A stretch of DNA of 64,000 nucleotides from the human T2T-CHM13v2.0 reference genome, Homo sapiens: NCBI RefSeq assembly GCF_009914755.1, contig NC_060947.1. The stretch is one strand, 5' to 3'. The notes below the pieces were generated by a model. The model was given only the letters and a program-made list of their open reading frames with translations. It made no database searches and was not told the origin of the DNA. Shown here one piece after another: positions 58,761 to 64,000 of the stretch (positions are counted from its first letter, which is position 1; every line of letters begins with the position of its first letter). A program made the translations under genes and the position numbers.

Positions 58761-59685
58761 CTAGCCAATCTCATTTTACAGTCAAAGAAACTGTGGTGCA
58801 GAAAGGCAAAACTGACTCATCCAGAGTCTCAGCTGATTCAGAGCAAAGGCTAATTGTGTTTCCAGGGCATAGTTTTTGCTGTGCTACATTTTCTATCCAT
58901 GAGTTTGTTCCTTCCCATGACCCTCCTTCCATCGATATTTATTTAATGTGTTCCTCCTGTTTAACTGCACTGTGTTAGGAGCTGGAGATGAGACTAACAA
59001 GACACAACTCCTTCCCCCAAGGAGCCCACAGTCCAGTGAGACAGAGACCTACAAATGCATTGCAGTGCAGAGTGGGATAGGTGCTATGTTGTATAAGGGT
59101 AGGACAACTGCTGTAACAAAGAACCCTGGGAATTCAATGAATCTCATTCACCTCACCATCCAGGGTGGATGCTTACAGTTGTCCTGTTTTCCTTGTGGTT
59201 GTTCAGGAACCCAGACTCCTTACATGTGTGGCACCGTTGTACCCTAGGGCTGGGGAGTTTCCTCCCTTTAGCCAATGGTTTGATAAAAGAGAGATGGTGG
59301 AGAAGATACAATTACCTTTCACTGAAGTAACACACATCACTTTTCTTCATTTGCTGGAATTCAATTATCTGACAAAAGTTAACCACAAGGGAGACCAGGA
59401 AATGTAGTCTAGCTGTGAGCTCCAGAGGAAAAAGTTTTGGTGAACACAGTATGTACCAGAAGACGCAAGGCCAGGTTGCTCTGAGAACACACAGGAGGGG
59501 TATTTAACTCAGATTATGAGGATTCAGGAAGGCTTCATGGAATAGTCTTAAAAGAGGGATAGGCATTTACTAGGAAGAAGAGGATATTCCAGGCAGAGAG
59601 AGCTGCATGTGCTAAGGTGGGATATGATAAGAACATGATATATTCTGGAACTGCAAAGAAATTCTCATGTGGATGTAATAGATGG

Positions 59686-60097
59686 TGTCTTAATTTGTTT
59701 TCTGTTGCTTATAACAGAATACCCAAAACTGGATAATTTATAAAGAAACGAAATTTGTTTCTTACAGTTATAGAGGCTGAGAAGTCCAAGGTCGAGGGGC
59801 CACATCTGGTGAGGGCATTCTTGCTGGTGGGACTCTCTGTAGAATCTCAAGGTGGCAGGCGATATCACATGGTGAGGGAGCTGAGTATGCTAGCTCAGGT
59901 CTCTCTGCTGCTGCTGCTTATAAAGCCACGAGTCCCAATCCCATGATAACCTGTTAATTCATGAATGGATTAATTCATTCATGAGGGCAGCCATCATGAC
60001 CTAATTAACTCTCAAAGGCCCCACCCCTCAACACTGCCACTTTGGGGATTAAGTTTCAATGTGAGTTTTGCTGGGGACAAACATTCAAATTATAGCA
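59686..60097. mobile_element. MaLR solo LTR (MST-family)
   Basis: tgtctt..ataacagaatac..aagtccaaggtcgaggggcc..; 5-bp TSD GATGG. Confidence 0.85.
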
Positions 60098-62086
60098 GAT
60101 GGATGTGGAATATGGAGCAGAGAAGGACGCAAAGGTAGGGCACAAGGCCAAATGGGAAGGCCTTGCATGAGAAGGCATAAACCACCCTGAGATTACAGCT
60201 CTTTTCAAGATTTAAGAAGTGCATGAAGTTGCTTACTTCATGAGTAGTCAAGGAATGATTTGTGTTCTCCCAAATTTTTCCTACTCCCTAGAAAGGAAAT
60301 GTTTTACTGGAAGATTGTAAACTAATGTTTTAACGTGGACCAAACCTGCTAGTTTAATTTGTTATATATCTTCTGGCATGTGTTTGGGCAAAGGACCAAA
60401 GCCCAGAACACAAGTGACTAAACCCTGGTAAGCAGGAGTCCTAGTGAATGATGTGAGACTTTTTCCATCTTCAGCTCTTTTTGAAAGGGGAGATGTCATG
60501 GGCCCTGAGATGACTGAGAGGTGCAGGACTCCCTTTTTATCAAGAAGTCTATCAAAGGGCAGAAATAAAGAGTGTGGAAATGAAGCTGAAATATACAATT
60601 CCTTTTGAACAAGAGTGCTCTATGAGTTTATTAAACACTTTTGAAAAATTACCAAGCCTGCAGGAGAAAATGCTTCAAGTAGAGCATCTCCATGGCAAAC
60701 TGTAACTTCAAAGAACCCTGCCGTATCGTTTTTCAAATGTGAAGTGTTCTGGAAGTGTGAACAAAAGTATTTCCAGACTCTGAGTGGTGTTTACCTCATT
60801 GCATTTTTCTTTCAAACATAGAGGGAAAAGGATCTTTATCTTTGGATATTAAATTATAACCCAGATATATTTTCCTTTATTTGCCCTGAAATCCTCTTAG
60901 CAGATTTGGCAGAAAGAAGGAATTGACACAGAAACTGTAAAAATTTCAAGATTCACCTGTGAAAATCCTCTAGCATCATCAGCAGAAGACATTATATATG
61001 TGTATATATATACACATATGTAATACATATATATATATATATGTATTTTAAAACTCAACAATAGCCACAGTAATTGTTTAGAATGTAGACCAACAAAATA
61101 TTTTTTAGGAGGATGAGTATTTTATCATTGACATTGTTTAGACTTAACGGGTTCATGGTGATGATAAAAGCCAACTAACTTATAGTCAATTTTATTGTTT
61201 TAACATTTTCTACAGAGAATACACCCCTTATTCTTGTACCTGGGGTGGACCATTTCTATCCTGGGCATAGCACTACAGAACAGAGTGAGTGCCTTCATCC
61301 CTGTGTTAGAGTTAATAAAAACTACAAGGCTGAAGGAAAGCCAGGGGGAAGAAAGATAATGCATAGGGAATGGAATCAAGGAAACCAAAGTAAATTAAAT
61401 ACAGATACAGAGAATTGTGTTGCAGGTCCTTTGAAATTCAAATGAAATTGGCTTGAACTTCAACCCATGTGTGCTGGGAGCCTGCATCCCAATCTTTCTG
61501 GAAGTTCTGAGAGGCAGAGGTAATGGTGGAGGGACTGATGTTTTTATCCTAGTCACTTGTGGCTCTGATATGCTTCCTAGGAATTAGTTTGATAGATTGA
61601 CCATCTATTTTCCCCCAAAATATCATTTACATGAGGCATTTGTGTGTATGTGTATGGAGGATGGGGTGGAATGGAAATGGGGCAGAATTCGTAGACTATT
61701 TAGAGAGATGAGAGCTTTTAAATAGTTTATATCCAGAACCACCACATTGCACAGCTCCAGGGGACATTGTTCATGTTGTGTTTTTAAATTTATTTTTTAA
61801 AAAATTTCTGACCATGGCAAGGACATCACCTTGTATTTTATATGATAAGAACACCCCTTGGAGTTTGTGATGCAAGTTGTCCTCTTTATGGCTCCATGCT
61901 GCATAGTCTACTCTCTCTCAAAGTGTTCTTCCTTTTGCTTTTTATAGATCTATTGTTCTGCTTCTGCTGGCTGAAGGAAGGTGAGGAGGTGGGAACTTTA
62001 GGGGTCCTGTAACCATTTCTAACCCAGTTATTCTACCCCCATATCAGATCTCTTCTACCCTTACTGTTTCCATTATGGGTTTAGGC

Positions 62087-62312
62087 CAGTTGTTCTCAAC
62101 TGAGTGCAATTCTGCCTCTGCAGTGTCTGGCAATGTCTGCAACTTGGCAATGCCTAGAGATAGTTTTGCTTGTCACAACTGGGGGATGCTACTGGCATCT
62201 AGTGGGTGGAGGCCAAGGATGTTGCCAAATATCCTACAGTGCACAGGACAATCCCGCACAACAAAGAATGATCTGGCCCAAAATGTCAATAGTGCTAAGA
62301 TTGAGAAACTGT
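62087..62312. mobile_element. MER20
   Basis: tgtcacaactggggg..tgctactggcatctagtggg..gaggccaaggatg core. Confidence 0.85.
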
Positions 62313-62789
62313 TACAGAAGAGCCCTCAGCCTTCTCTCCCTTTCTCTCAATTACCCATAGCAATTTAGCCTTCTTACCATTATCAGGAATAATCCTTCAC
62401 ATGGTCAAAACTATATCAACAGGTTCTGCTAAATTAGTCCATTAATTCAGATATCACCAGGGTTCAGGTGGCAATATAAATTGAGTAAAGTGAGTCAGGA
62501 GTAAGATGAGAAGTGGGCACTGGCCCATCTGCTTCAGTAGTAGGGAACAATGGGGTAATGGTGGGGACTGTGGCAAATTGGAGACTGCATACCCTGTGTA
62601 TAAAGGCAGCCCTAACTTATTGCCATGCAGGCACCTGTGTTGATAAATGTCAGATTCCTTGAGAGAGACTCAATATCTCGCCTCCCTCATCCCACAGTAA
62701 TCCCCTTTTGTGTTATTTTTTAGTTGAGTTGTTACATACACACGTGCACCAAATTTAAGTGTGCAGCACAATGAATCATCAAGATAATC

Positions 62790-63315
62790 TGGAAGAACGA
62801 ACTTGGATTTAGACTACCAGGTTCCAAGACTTACATAGCTACAAGTAATTAAGACAGTGTAATATTGTTGCAAATGATAGGTTAATGGTACAGAATAGAG
62901 AGCCCAAATACATAGCCGCACATATATGATCCCTTGACTTGTATATTTTTTAAAAAAAGCCATCATAATTCAGTGGTGGAAAAGATGGTCTTTTCAATAA
63001 ATGATGGTGGAGCAATTGGATATCCACATGGAAAAAAATGAACCCAGAAAACCTACCATGCAGAAAAATTAATTCAATATGTATCATAGATCTGAATGTG
63101 AAAGGTAAAACAATAAAGCTTCTAGAAGAATGCATAGGATAATATCTTCATGTGTCTCAAGTTTTTTAAACAGGGCATACAAAGGACTAACTTTAGAAAA
63201 AAAATTGATACATTGAATTTCATTAAAGTTAAGAACTTTTTATCAGAATTCAGGACTAAGAGAGTTTTGGCAAGCTGAAGAACAGTAGAACTTATTTGCA
63301 ATACATCTGTCAAGG
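62790..63315 (+). mobile_element. Old L1M ORF2 fragment
   Basis: ggtcttttcaataaatgatggtggagcaattggatatccacatgg. Confidence 0.75.
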
Positions 63316-64000
63316 ATACTTGCCTGTTTTTTCTATGTTGGCAACTATGTCTAATTTAAAACACTGAGGGGAAAGAAACCACTGTGCAGGCTGACAATAC
63401 ACAGGCCAAACAAAACAGGTCTGCAAGCCAGGTTGGGCCCACGCATTGCCTGTTTGCGACCTCACCTTCAGCAGCACAGAAGAATGAAAGAGGCTTTAAC
63501 ATTTCCACATTTTCTCATTCTTTACCTGACCAGCCTCAGTGAGGGGAAACAACAATGTAGACCTCTGTTTCCAAATAATAAGAATTTTCCCTTAGATGGC
63601 AGAACGGCTGGTTATAGTGAGTTTAGGTCTTAAATAAAACTTTCTTCCTCTCTGATAGATGCAATAATTAAAGAATATTTCAAAATATGATTCCATCAAA
63701 TTTTTTTCATTGGCTCCCACTGTGTGTTCAGCTTGTCTTGGCTCTGTGAAGACCACAACTGATCCCCTTTTCACTTTGTTTGCTCTCTGACTCTAGAATT
63801 TCTCAGCCTCCCCAGATGATACTTTAGAGACCTGGGAAGTCAGCTTCAAGCTTCAATGAGGCAGAAGTCATGCAGAAACAGACTCAGTTTGAACTTTTTA
63901 TGTTTCAAGCTCATTAATATCCAACTTCCTTACTTTCTACCTCCTTCCCAAACTCTGGTTCTAGTCTCTTTCCTTCTTCCAAGCACCACTCTTACTTAAG

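Noticed and set aside
60994-61043. AT-rich palindromic stretch
   Set aside because: Simple (TA)n-type low-complexity repeat

Overview
Primate DNA, almost certainly human given two AluYa5 copies. The window holds the 3' part of REPS2 (POB1; X-linked) on the + strand: five coding exons with canonical AG/GT boundaries (8338-8399, 38442-38525, 39879-40024, 43474-43579, 52030-52098). They splice in frame to give the proline-rich region and C-terminal coiled coil ending ...QLEQLRPVTVL*, followed by a ~5.8 kb 3' UTR ending near an AATAAA at 57870. The ORF track does not show these exons as such. The introns contain two antisense processed pseudogenes (CBX1/HP1-beta and HMGN2), an antisense HERV-K(HML-2) LTR5 solo LTR, about 22 Alus, and L1, L2, MIR, MaLR and DNA-transposon remnants. 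I see no convincing new biological system. The most unusual structures are a ~343 bp non-tandem local duplication welded to a doubly truncated L1 fragment, an LTR-less ERV-L protease fragment inside an old L1, a ~36 nt L1 insertion with its own target-site duplication (TSD), an inverted near-identical AluYa5 pair, and a co-oriented antisense LTR5 / CBX1-retrocopy arrangement. Repeat subfamily calls are from memory of consensus sequences, not a database search.
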